DNA from: an uncultured Sulfolobales archaeon
GTDB lineage: Archaea; Thermoproteota; Thermoprotei_A; Sulfolobales; NBVN01
Assembly: GCA_938073905.1 (NCBI GenBank)
Contig: CALJEN010000005.1
Coordinates: forward strand, 347,363-411,362
DNA length: 64,000 nt
Direction of reading: 5' to 3'
The notes below the pieces were generated by a model that made no database searches, was not told the origin of the DNA, and saw nothing but the letters and a program-made list of their open reading frames with translations. The position numbers were made by a program, and so were the translations under genes. Below are positions 1 to 8,450 of the stretch, piece by piece; position 1 is the first letter of the stretch, and each line of letters begins with the position of its first letter.

Positions 1-216
1 GGTTGCAGGGTTCTACATATCGTACATAAAGCACTTCTGGATCCCCTGAAACCGAGGGTAGAGCGCGCTAGAGGCCGTGCTAGTTAGGCCGTTGGTGGGG
101 CCCTGCGACGAGAGCGGGTTAGTTAGGAAGTCCATACCCAGACACCGCCCTTCTTGGAGCGGGGGCAGCCGAGAGGCAAAGTTAAATGCCGACCTGGATA
201 GACTACCGGAGACTCG

Positions 217-1689
217 ATGGAAGTGCCCGGCAGAGCTAAGGGCTTCGCGTCTACTTTAGCGGTGCTGATGCTAACGATCTCCTCCATGGCTCTGCTCGTA
301 GGCTTGAGCGGCTACGCCCTCGCGGCAGAGTCCTCCGAGAGGGAGGTCAGCGCGAGGTTCACCGAGCTAGCTCTAGCCTTCTGGATCGCGTCGCTAGTCG
401 TCCTGGCCCCCTACAGGAAGTACTCCATTGCCGATATAGGGGACGCCCTCGCGGTCGTCTCGCTCTTCTGGCTCCTCGCCCCGCTGTTCTCAGCGACTCT
501 CTACGCACACGCCATCGGCATGCCGCTCCTCGACGCCCTCTTCGAGTCCGTAAGCGGGTTCACCGGCACGGGGCTCACCGTCGTGGACAGGCCCGAGGCC
601 CTGCCGAGGGTGGTCCTGGTCTGGAGGGCCCTAACTCAGTGGGTCGGGGAGCTGGGAGTCGTGGTCTTCTCGGGAGTCCTTCTACCGTTCCTCCACAGGA
701 CCATCAGAAGCGTCTACACCGCCGAGAGGGGTGCCAGACTCGCGCCAACGGTGCTCTCGACGACCAGGAGGCTGTTCACCATCTACGTGGTGTACACCGT
801 CCTCGGTACTATGCTGTTTGCCCTAGCAGGTATGGACCCTCTCGACTCGCTGATGCACTCGATGACCGCCATAGCTACGGGAGGCATGTCCTCCAGGTCG
901 GAGAACCTCGGCTACTGGTTCTGGACCGGGAGGAGCCTAGTGGTGGTATCGGCCGCTGTGATGATGGTCGTCGGCTCTCTCAACTTCATGGACCTCTACA
1001 ACTTGACCCTCGGGCGCTTGCGGGAGTTCGCGAAGTCCGTAGAAGTCAGAGGGTTTGCCGCTCTCCTCGCAGTCTTCCTCGCTCTGGTGTGGGTCTCGGC
1101 AGTCGCGACCAACTCCCCGGAGTCATTCTGGGTCTGGAGCTTCCACCTCGTCTCGGGCTTTACAACGACGGGCTTTTCCCTCACTGCGGTTAGCGGACAC
1201 CCAGACGCCGTGAAGGTGGTGATAGCCCTATCGATGGTCATCGGGGGGGCCACGTTCTCGACTTCTGGAGGCATCAAGATCAAGCGCACGGTGGTCGTGG
1301 TGAGAGCCATGCTGTGGGAGCTGGGCAAGATATTCATCCCGAAGCCCGCCGTGGTGGTCAGGAGAGTGGGCGGGGAGGTGATCAGGGACGAGGAGCTGGT
1401 GTCCGTGTTCTCCTACGCCTCTCTCTACGTGTTCACGCTAGTGTCCGCATCGGTGCTCCTCCACCTGTCGCTTATATCCTCGGGTCTCTCGGGCTACAGC
1501 TACGTAGACTCCCTCTTCGAGACAGCCTCGGCCCTCTCCTGCGTGGGGCTCTCCGCCGGGATAACGAGCTCGGCGACTCCCGCGGCAGCTAAAGCGCTGC
1601 TGATGGTGATCATGTATTTGGGCAGGATAGAGTTCCTGCCGCTCTACGTGCTCGTGGGCGAGTACTACAGGAAGAAGATAACGCTGTAG
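217..1689 (+). CDS. trkH: TrkH/KtrB-family K+ transporter, membrane subunit
   Basis: 490-aa polytopic ORF. It has four pore-loop-like repeats (SGFTGTGLTV, TGGMSS, SGFTTTGFSL, TSGGIKIKR) typical of Trk/Ktr transporters. Confidence 0.8.
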   Translation: MEVPGRAKGFASTLAVLMLTISSMALLVGLSGYALAAESSEREVSARFTELALAFWIASLVVLAPYRKYSIADIGDALAVVSLFWLLAPLFSATLYAHAIGMPLLDALFESVSGFTGTGLTVVDRPEALPRVVLVWRALTQWVGELGVVVFSGVLLPFLHRTIRSVYTAERGARLAPTVLSTTRRLFTIYVVYTVLGTMLFALAGMDPLDSLMHSMTAIATGGMSSRSENLGYWFWTGRSLVVVSAAVMMVVGSLNFMDLYNLTLGRLREFAKSVEVRGFAALLAVFLALVWVSAVATNSPESFWVWSFHLVSGFTTTGFSLTAVSGHPDAVKVVIALSMVIGGATFSTSGGIKIKRTVVVVRAMLWELGKIFIPKPAVVVRRVGGEVIRDEELVSVFSYASLYVFTLVSASVLLHLSLISSGLSGYSYVDSLFETASALSCVGLSAGITSSATPAAAKALLMVIMYLGRIEFLPLYVLVGEYYRKKITL

Positions 1690-1766
1690 AGCCCGAGCAG
1701 CTCCCGGAGGACGCGGAAGGGAAGCTGAGCACCGTTGAGAGTCCGGGGGGCACCGGCTTCATAGCA

Positions 1767-1775
1767 GTTATAAGG
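1767..1775 (+). promoter_or_regulatory. TATA-like box (GTTATAAGG) upstream of the SRP RNA
   Basis: AT-rich box about 23-30 nt upstream of the first base of the SRP RNA terminal helix (1798). Confidence 0.5.
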
Positions 1776-1797
1776 TTCGAACATAAGCGCAGTATTC

Positions 1798-2116
1798 GGG
1801 GGTGTGCGGGTAGGGCCGGGAGCTCGCCGCCTCCCGTACCCGAAGGCGTAAAGCGGGGCCAGCAACCTAGCTCACCCGGCAGCCCCCGCACGAGGACCTC
1901 GCGTCAGCGATGAAGTCCGCCCCGTGGGGCCGGTGGTGGCGGAGGACCTCCTGGAGGGGTAGGTCCTACCGCCTTCGCGGAGGGAACCCGGCCAGGCCCG
2001 GAAGGGAACAACCTAACCTCCGACATCGGCGTTCGCGGGTCACCGGGTGGAGGACGACGCGGGGGAACCCTCGTGTGAGGGCGCTGCCGGGTGAACGCGG
2101 GGGCCGCACACCCCCG
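1798..2116 (+). ncRNA. Signal recognition particle RNA (archaeal 7S RNA)
   Basis: Helix-8 signature GGAGGGAACCCGGCCAGGCCCGGAAGGGAACAACCUAACCUCC (1979-2021) nearly matches the archaeal consensus as I remember it (CCAGGCCCGGAAGGGAGCAAC, GGAA tetraloop). Helix-6-like hairpin: 1938-1949 pairs with 1961-1973. Terminal helix: GGGGGUGUGCGG (1798-1809) pairs with CCGCACACCCCC (2104-2115). Length is about 320 nt. No coding potential. Confidence 0.88.
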
Positions 2117-2376
2117 CACACTCGACACCTGAGGAGTGTGGCCTCGAGAGGAGCAAACCTCAGTACGCGGTGCGCAGGCGCGTGCCGCTAGCGGGAGGAT
2201 CTCGGCGGGGCTGCTCTCAGGTGACAGAGAGTCCGGTCACTCACCACCGCGGCGACCCGAATGGCAACGGCCCCTTCTAGACGGAAGACCGTGGTGTCGG
2301 GCTCGACGGCGTTCCGCGATCCGCTGGCGGAGCTACGATCTCGCAACGAAGCCGGTGTCGACGGTGGAAGAGGCTC

Positions 2377-2841
2377 TCAGCGCTCCTCCCGCGGAGGTTT
2401 GACGTACTTTAGCAGAGTCTCCCTCAGGCCGAGCGATACCTCGAGCTGTTCTAGGTCCAGGCCCTCGGCGAGGGATTCTTTCCTGACCTTGAAGCCCGTC
2501 TCGGTGGGCTCCAGGTTCTCCACCGGGACGAAGGTCCATCCCCTGTCGGGAATCCTGACAGCGACGTAGGCCCTGCCTCCCGCTCTCCTGGCGAACTCGG
2601 CGATCTTTGCCACCTGCTCCCTCTCCAGGTAAATGGTCTCCTCCTTAGACCTGGACTTGACCTCGAACACGGCGACCCGCCCGCTCTTGATAGCGACCAC
2701 GTCGGGGTACGCGGCCTTCTTTATCTTCGATCCGCTGGCCGGAGCCCTCATGACCGCGAACCCCCTCCTCCACAGCTGGACCACCAGCTCCCTCTCGGCT
2801 CTGTAGCCCCTAGCCCTGCCCCTTCCGGACACTCGGACCAC
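2377..2841 (-). CDS. hjc: Holliday junction resolvase Hjc
   Basis: 154 aa. The N-terminus GxxxERELVxxLWxxGFAVMRAPASG followed by PDVVAIKxGRVxVFEVKSR fits archaeal Hjc (PD-(D/E)xK). GTG start abuts the stop of the upstream gene. Confidence 0.85.
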   Translation of the reverse strand: MVRVSGRGRARGYRAERELVVQLWRRGFAVMRAPASGSKIKKAAYPDVVAIKSGRVAVFEVKSRSKEETIYLEREQVAKIAEFARRAGGRAYVAVRIPDRGWTFVPVENLEPTETGFKVRKESLAEGLDLEQLEVSLGLRETLLKYVKPPREER

Positions 2842-3345
2842 CTAGTCCTCGGAGACGTCTGCGACTACCGGCCGCAGGGCCCTAACAAGGTCTCGCACGG
2901 AGACGTAGGCCAGGGAGTGGGAGTCTCCGCCCCCGCACCACACCCAATCCTTCTCGGCGATCCTGGAGTCCACGACCGTTCGCAGAGACCTCACGCAGTC
3001 GGACAGGGGAGACACCCCGCCCACGTCGAAGCCGGTCGCGCTCCTGATCTCGTCGGGCCTGGCCAGCCTGACACTCTTGGACCCGAGGACTCTAGCCACC
3101 TTTTGGTACGATAGCTTTCTGTCTCCTGGAACAATCGCGACCGCGTAGCCGTCGTCCACTACGACTATCATCGTCTTGACTATCTCGGAGGGAGGGCTGC
3201 CCGTGGCTCTGACCGCCTCGCCGACCGTGGTGACGGCCGCGCCGAACCTCCTCAGGTGCCCGGAGATCCCGTGCCTCTCGATGAACGCGGAAACCTCGTC
3301 GCGACACCCCATGGGGTACTCCGGACCCGGTATCTCTCCGGGCAT
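2842..3345 (-). CDS. YbaK/ProX-type aminoacyl-tRNA editing (deacylase) domain protein
   Basis: TVGEAVRATG...IVKTMIVVVDDGYAVAIVPGDRKLSYQKVA...GFDVGGVSPL matches the YbaK/EbsC fold family. The ORF is open to 3405. I prefer ATG 3345 (3312 is also possible) because the N-terminal extension is R/S-rich. Confidence 0.7.
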   Translation of the reverse strand: MPGEIPGPEYPMGCRDEVSAFIERHGISGHLRRFGAAVTTVGEAVRATGSPPSEIVKTMIVVVDDGYAVAIVPGDRKLSYQKVARVLGSKSVRLARPDEIRSATGFDVGGVSPLSDCVRSLRTVVDSRIAEKDWVWCGGGDSHSLAYVSVRDLVRALRPVVADVSED

Positions 3346-3445
3346 ATTATTTTGTGAGGTACTCGAACGGCGCTGCCGGCGGAGCGGGCTAGCGACCGCG
3401 AGCACATATATTGCGGAATAAGCTACTACTAAAGGAGGGCTCTAC

Positions 3446-4645
3446 ATGAAGATCGCGCTGATGGAGACCGTGATCGGAGCGCTGGCTATGAGGGAGGACG
3501 GCTCGATAGAGTACAGCATAGTACCGAGAGACCTAGGGTACATCATCGAGAGGGCCCTCAAGATAGAGGGCGGCGAGGTGAGCCAGGAGTTCGCCGACCT
3601 GGTCAGCAGAGTTGCCGCACCGGACGTGGTCTTCGTCGTCCCCTCCGAGCTGGAGGCATCGTTCCTGGCCCGGAGGAACCTGAGCCACGAGGTGAGCCCG
3701 AGGGACGAGATGATCGTCAGGCTGAGGGAGTCTCTTCCCAGCATAGCCGTCAAGGAGGGTCTGGTCGGGAGCGAGCGGGAGTTCAGAGAGCTAATCCACG
3801 AGATAACCATGGGCGTCACGAGGTCTAAGCTGAGGCGCGAGGCCCTGAGGAGGGACCTGATGGCCATACAGGCCATCAGAGCCATAGACGACGTGGACAA
3901 GACCATAAACCTCTTCGCCTCGAGGCTCAGAGAGTGGTACAGCGTCCACTTCCCGGAGCTTGACGACCTGGTGAAGGAGCACGACGAGTACGCGAGACTG
4001 GTGACGGCCTTCGGGTTCAGGCAGCAGTTTACGGCAGAGAGGCTGACCAAGCACGGCATCAAGGAAGCGAGGGCCGAGAGGATGGCGAGGGCGGCCAGGG
4101 AGAGCGTTGGCGCCGACGTGCCCGAGCTGGACATGGACAAGATAAAGTCTTTCGGAGAGCTGGTTCTGAGGCTCTACGAGATAAGGAGAGACCTCACGGA
4201 CTACCTAGAGCAGGTGATGAAGGAGGTGGCGCCGAACGTGACGGAGCTTGTGGGTCCCCTGCTCGGGGCCCGCCTCCTGAGTCTAGCCGGAAGCCTCGAA
4301 GACCTGGCGAAGCTGCCGGCCAGCACCATACAGGTGCTTGGCGCCGAGAAGGCCCTCTTCAGGGCTCTCAGGACCGGTGGCAGGCCCCCAAAACACGGCA
4401 TCATCTTCCAGTTCCCGGAGATACACAAGTCTCCCAGGTGGCAGAGGGGCAAGATAGCCAGGGCCCTGGCCACGAAGCTTGCTATAGCCGCTAGGGCAGA
4501 CTTCTACACGGGCCGCATAATAGCCGAGAGGCTCAAGAAGCTCCTCGAGGACAGGGTAGAGGAGGTCAAAACCCTCTACGCGAAGCCTCCCAAAGCACCG
4601 GCTCAGAAGCCTCCGAAGCCATCGAGGAAGCGCCCGAAGAAGTGA
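3446..4645 (+). CDS. nop5: C/D box sRNP core protein Nop5 (Nop56/58)
   Basis: 399 aa with the Nop domain (GAEKALFRALRTGGRPPKHGIIFQ) and a lysine-rich tail. AGGAGG lies upstream. The gene sits directly upstream of fibrillarin, as is usual in archaea. Confidence 0.92.
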   Translation: MKIALMETVIGALAMREDGSIEYSIVPRDLGYIIERALKIEGGEVSQEFADLVSRVAAPDVVFVVPSELEASFLARRNLSHEVSPRDEMIVRLRESLPSIAVKEGLVGSEREFRELIHEITMGVTRSKLRREALRRDLMAIQAIRAIDDVDKTINLFASRLREWYSVHFPELDDLVKEHDEYARLVTAFGFRQQFTAERLTKHGIKEARAERMARAARESVGADVPELDMDKIKSFGELVLRLYEIRRDLTDYLEQVMKEVAPNVTELVGPLLGARLLSLAGSLEDLAKLPASTIQVLGAEKALFRALRTGGRPPKHGIIFQFPEIHKSPRWQRGKIARALATKLAIAARADFYTGRIIAERLKKLLEDRVEEVKTLYAKPPKAPAQKPPKPSRKRPKK

Positions 4646-4694
4646 GCGGGGAGCAGATTATAAGCTCCCCAAGCCCAGCTAGAGAGGTGAGCTA

Positions 4695-5393
4695 GTGGTA
4701 GAGGTAGTGTCGGTTAGGGAGCATTCGAACTACAGGAGGGTGTACGTAGTAGAGCTGGAGGACGGGTCCCTCAGGCTGGCCACCAAGAACCTGACCCCGG
4801 GTCGCAGGGTCTACGGCGAGTGGCTGTTCAACTACGGGAACGTCGAGTACCGGGAGTGGAACCACATAAGGAGCAAGCTGGCAGCCTCCCTCTACAAGGG
4901 GATCCGCGAGCTAGCCATAGGTGTAGGAAGCAGGGTGCTCTACCTGGGCGCCGGCAGCGGAACCACGGTGAGCCACGTATCCGACATAGTCGAGCACGAG
5001 GGGAGGATCTACGCGGTGGAGTTCGCGCCCAGGGTCATGAGGGAGCTCGTCACTGTGGCCGACTACAGGAAGAACGTGGTGCCCATACTGGCCGACGCCA
5101 GGTTCCCGGAGAGGTACTCCCTGCTGGTACCGCAGGTCGACGTCCTCTACGCCGACATAGCCCAGCCGGAGCAGGCCAACATAGTGGTGGCGAACGCCAG
5201 ACTTTTCCTCAAGAGCGGGGGGTACCTCTACCTGGCCATCAAGGCCAGGAGCATCGACGTCACCAAGGAGCCCGACGAGATATACGTTCGGGAGATAAGG
5301 ACTCTCGAGGCTAACGGCTTCAGGATCCTGGACGTAGTTCACCTAGACCCCTACGACAAAGACCATGCCATGGTCTTCGCGACCTACACTTGA
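4695..5393 (+). CDS. flpA: Fibrillarin-like rRNA/tRNA 2'-O-methyltransferase
   Basis: 232 aa with SAM motif VLYLGAGSGTTVSHVSDIV. GTG start lies about 30 nt after the TATA-like AGATTATAAGC (4657-4667). Confidence 0.95.
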   Translation: MVEVVSVREHSNYRRVYVVELEDGSLRLATKNLTPGRRVYGEWLFNYGNVEYREWNHIRSKLAASLYKGIRELAIGVGSRVLYLGAGSGTTVSHVSDIVEHEGRIYAVEFAPRVMRELVTVADYRKNVVPILADARFPERYSLLVPQVDVLYADIAQPEQANIVVANARLFLKSGGYLYLAIKARSIDVTKEPDEIYVREIRTLEANGFRILDVVHLDPYDKDHAMVFATYT

Positions 5394-5458
5394 GGGCTCT
5401 AATTAACCTCCGAGCTAAAATGTTTCCGAAGACGAGCCTCGGTCCAGGTAGGAGTTGA

Positions 5459-6007
5459 ATGTCGGCGCCTCCCGAAGCCTACATGAGCCTCGTCAAGGTC
5501 CACAGGCTTCTGAGCAGCGTGAGGACTCTGGCCCTCCGAGACCTAGGCGTGGTGATGGTGGGAAGGGAGGCAATAAACGTGAAGAGAGGTGACGAGGTCA
5601 GCCTACCGCTGTGGCTAGCCCTGGAGCTCCACAGGAGCGGCCACGCGGAGCTCCGCGAAGTGACCTTGAGAGACATCGACTTGCTCAAGTACTGCCACAT
5701 GGAGAGGATGTCCAGGGGGGGAAAGCTAGTTGACGTGAGGGAGGACTTGTACCTCTCCGCCGGGATGTCGATACGCAAGCTCGGTGGAGAGAGAGCTCCA
5801 GATAGCTCCTCCAGCACGGAGAAGCTCAAGAAGGCATTGATCAACCTACTCGACCTGAGGTTGGGTAAGCTCATGAGCGCGGCGCTGTACCTGGAGACCA
5901 GGCACGCGAGTGAGGTGAGTAACGTCCTAGAAGAGATGGTGCTCTACGCGCTGCTGAGGAAAGTCATCAAGTCGTGGAGAGACTCGGTGCTGGGGTATGC
6001 TGAGTAG
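5459..6007 (+). CDS. gins23: GINS subunit (Gins23-like)
   Basis: 182 aa. The LPLWLALEL motif and a helical C-terminal half resemble GINS. It overlaps the mcm start by 11 nt, which is the gins23-mcm arrangement known from Sulfolobus. The call rests on synteny plus a weak motif. Confidence 0.55.
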   Translation: MSAPPEAYMSLVKVHRLLSSVRTLALRDLGVVMVGREAINVKRGDEVSLPLWLALELHRSGHAELREVTLRDIDLLKYCHMERMSRGGKLVDVREDLYLSAGMSIRKLGGERAPDSSSSTEKLKKALINLLDLRLGKLMSAALYLETRHASEVSNVLEEMVLYALLRKVIKSWRDSVLGYAE

Positions 6008-8165
6008 CCGGTCCTCGGGTAGCGTCGGGGTGGGGACGGATCCCCTGGAGGACTTCCGGAGCTTTCTCCAGGACTACGTCGATGAGCGCGGGGAGAGGAA
6101 GTACGTCAAGCGGATCAAGGAGATGGTCCACTACGAGAAGAAGTCCATACCGGTGGACTACGAGGACCTGGTTAGATATGACGAAGGGCTCGTCCTGGCC
6201 CTGGAGAGAGACCCGCAGGCCGCTTTCGAGGCCCTATCGGGGGCCATCAAGAGCATCGCGGAGGACATGAACCGGGAGTATGCTGGGAGGGTGCGAAAGT
6301 TCTACGGCAGGCTGACGGGTTGGGTCAAACCGACGGTCATCAGGGAGATACGGAGCGACCTGCTGAACAGGCTGGTCATGCTCGAGGGGGTGGTGGTCAG
6401 GTCTACCCCACCGAGGGAGAGGATCGTGAAGGCGACGTACGTCCACGTGCTGCCGGACGGCACCCAGCACGAGTTCGTCTGGCCTCCAGACGAGAGGGAG
6501 CTCGAGGAGATGGAGAGGCCCACCTACTGTCCCAAGTGCGTAGCTGAGAGACCCGAGGAGAGGAGGGAAGAGGATGTGGGGGAGGAAGAGGGCTCCTCCA
6601 CGAGGGAGGGAAGACCTCCCGGGAGAGGCTTCTTCAGACTAGTCTTAGAGAAGTCGAGCTTCATAGACTGGCAGATGTTGACCCTGCAGGAGAGGCCCGA
6701 GGACATGCCTCCCGGGCAGCTCCCCAGGTCGATAGACGTGGTGCTGGTGGAAGATATAGTGGACACGGTGAGGCCCGGCGACAGGGTCACCCTGATAGGG
6801 ATAGTGAAGCTTAGGGGCAGGAAGCTGTCCCCGGTTTACGACTTCTACGTCGAGGCCAACAACGTGATACCCGCTCAGAGGCTCCTCGAGGAGGTGAGCC
6901 TCAGTCCCGAGGACGAGGCCAAGATCAGGGAGCTCTCGCGCGACCCCATGATAAGGAGGAAGATCGTAGCCAGCATAGCGCCCGCGATCTACGGCTACTG
7001 GGACCTCAAGGAGGCTATAGCCCTCCTACTCTTCGGAGGAGTGCCCAAGACTCTGCCAGATGGGACGAGGATAAGGGGAGAGATCCACGTTCTCGTACTA
7101 GGGGACCCGGGCACCGCCAAGAGCCAACTCCTCCAGTACGCGTCCAGGATAGCACCCAGGGGTCTGTACACCACGGGCAAGGGCTCCTCTGCCGCTGGCC
7201 TGACGGCAGCCGTCATCAGGGACAAGCAGACCGGTGAGTTCTTCCTGGAAGCCGGCGCGATGGTGCTGGCCGACGGAGGCGTCGTGACCATAGACGAGAT
7301 AGATAAGATGAGGGAGGACGACAGGGTCGCTATCCACGAAGCCATGGAGCAAGGCATCGTAACCATATCCAAGGCGGGGATCCACGCGAGGCTCAGCGCC
7401 AGGGCCTCGGTTCTCGCCGCCGGAAACCCGAAGCGCGGGAGATACATCGATAGCCTCGGGCTCTCGGGGAACATAAACCTCCCGGTGACGATCCTCTCCA
7501 GGTTCGACCTCATATTCATAATCAAGGACGTGGCCGAGGTGGAGAGGGATAGGCAGATAGTCAGGCACGTGCTGGAGGTCCACGGTGTAGAGGGGGCCAA
7601 GGCAGAGGTACCTCCGGAGCTCCTGAGGAAGTACATAGCGTACGCGAGGAAGCACGTGAGGCCCAAGCTGACCGAGGAGGCTAGAAAGATCATCGAGAGC
7701 TACTACATCGAGCTCAGAAAGAGGAGTGCGGCAGACCCCAACGTGCCCCTGGCGATAACGACTAGGCAGCTCGAGGCCCTGATAAGGCTTTCGGAGGCCC
7801 ACGCGAAGATGGTTCTGAAGAGCGAGGTCGGGGCGGAGGACGCTCTGGAGGCCGTGAGGCTGATGAACGCGGTGCTAGAGAAGGTCGGAATGGACGTGGA
7901 GACTGGAATGGTGGATATCGACGTGCTGATGTCCGGGAAGCCGAAGAGCTTCAGAGACAAAGAGATAGCGATACTCAAGTACATAAGGGAGAGCACCAGG
8001 AGAGGGGAGTGCGTGAAGTACAAGGAGCTCGAGAGGATAGCGGAGTCCCTGGATATAGACCGTAGAACGCTGGAGAGGATACTGGAGGACTTAAAGAGGT
8101 CTGCTGACATATACGAACGCAGAGCTGGCTGCTACGAAACCGTAGAGGCACCTGCTGCGGAATAG
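5997..8165 (+). CDS. mcm: Replicative helicase MCM
   Basis: 722 aa. Walker A GDPGTAKSQLL, Walker B VTIDEIDKM, arginine finger SRFDLIF. The N-terminal region aligns by eye with SsoMCM (KATYxH..PD...EFxWP...CPKC...FRLxxEK..xIDWQ). Confidence 0.96.
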   Translation: MLSSRSSGSVGVGTDPLEDFRSFLQDYVDERGERKYVKRIKEMVHYEKKSIPVDYEDLVRYDEGLVLALERDPQAAFEALSGAIKSIAEDMNREYAGRVRKFYGRLTGWVKPTVIREIRSDLLNRLVMLEGVVVRSTPPRERIVKATYVHVLPDGTQHEFVWPPDERELEEMERPTYCPKCVAERPEERREEDVGEEEGSSTREGRPPGRGFFRLVLEKSSFIDWQMLTLQERPEDMPPGQLPRSIDVVLVEDIVDTVRPGDRVTLIGIVKLRGRKLSPVYDFYVEANNVIPAQRLLEEVSLSPEDEAKIRELSRDPMIRRKIVASIAPAIYGYWDLKEAIALLLFGGVPKTLPDGTRIRGEIHVLVLGDPGTAKSQLLQYASRIAPRGLYTTGKGSSAAGLTAAVIRDKQTGEFFLEAGAMVLADGGVVTIDEIDKMREDDRVAIHEAMEQGIVTISKAGIHARLSARASVLAAGNPKRGRYIDSLGLSGNINLPVTILSRFDLIFIIKDVAEVERDRQIVRHVLEVHGVEGAKAEVPPELLRKYIAYARKHVRPKLTEEARKIIESYYIELRKRSAADPNVPLAITTRQLEALIRLSEAHAKMVLKSEVGAEDALEAVRLMNAVLEKVGMDVETGMVDIDVLMSGKPKSFRDKEIAILKYIRESTRRGECVKYKELERIAESLDIDRRTLERILEDLKRSADIYERRAGCYETVEAPAAE

Positions 8166-8242
8166 ATCGCAATTCAGCTTTCGTGAAGCTTTAAGTGGGA
8201 GAGTACCTTGAGATGGGCTTTCACCCCTCCGCTTCTAATTAG

Positions 8243-8330
8243 TGGAGCCGGGGGCGGGATTCGAACCCGCGGGAGAGCGGGTCCCCGTCCCACTGCAGCC
8301 CGCCGCCTTAGACCGCTCGGCCACCCCGGC
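8243..8330 (-). tRNA. tRNA-Cys (GCA), with a roughly 10-nt insertion 3' of the anticodon; CCA encoded
   Basis: The reverse complement folds as acceptor GCCGGGG/CCCCGGC, T-arm GCGGG-UUCGAAU-CCCGC, anticodon stem GCGGG/CCCGC and loop CU-GCA-G. Discriminator U73 and G37 fit Cys identity. TATA-like GTTTTAAGC lies about 25 nt upstream. The 17-nt anticodon loop implies a short intron, but I could not draw a bulge-helix-bulge (BHB) splice motif. Confidence 0.68.
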
Positions 8331-8450
8331 TCCACGAGAGAAGGCCGTTCGGAAGCTTAAAACTCTAACCATGGGTCCGAAGGGCTTCAGCCTCCGGCAT
8401 CGAACCGAGAGTAGAGTAGGAGCTCCAGAGCCGTTTTGCCGAGCACGGGA

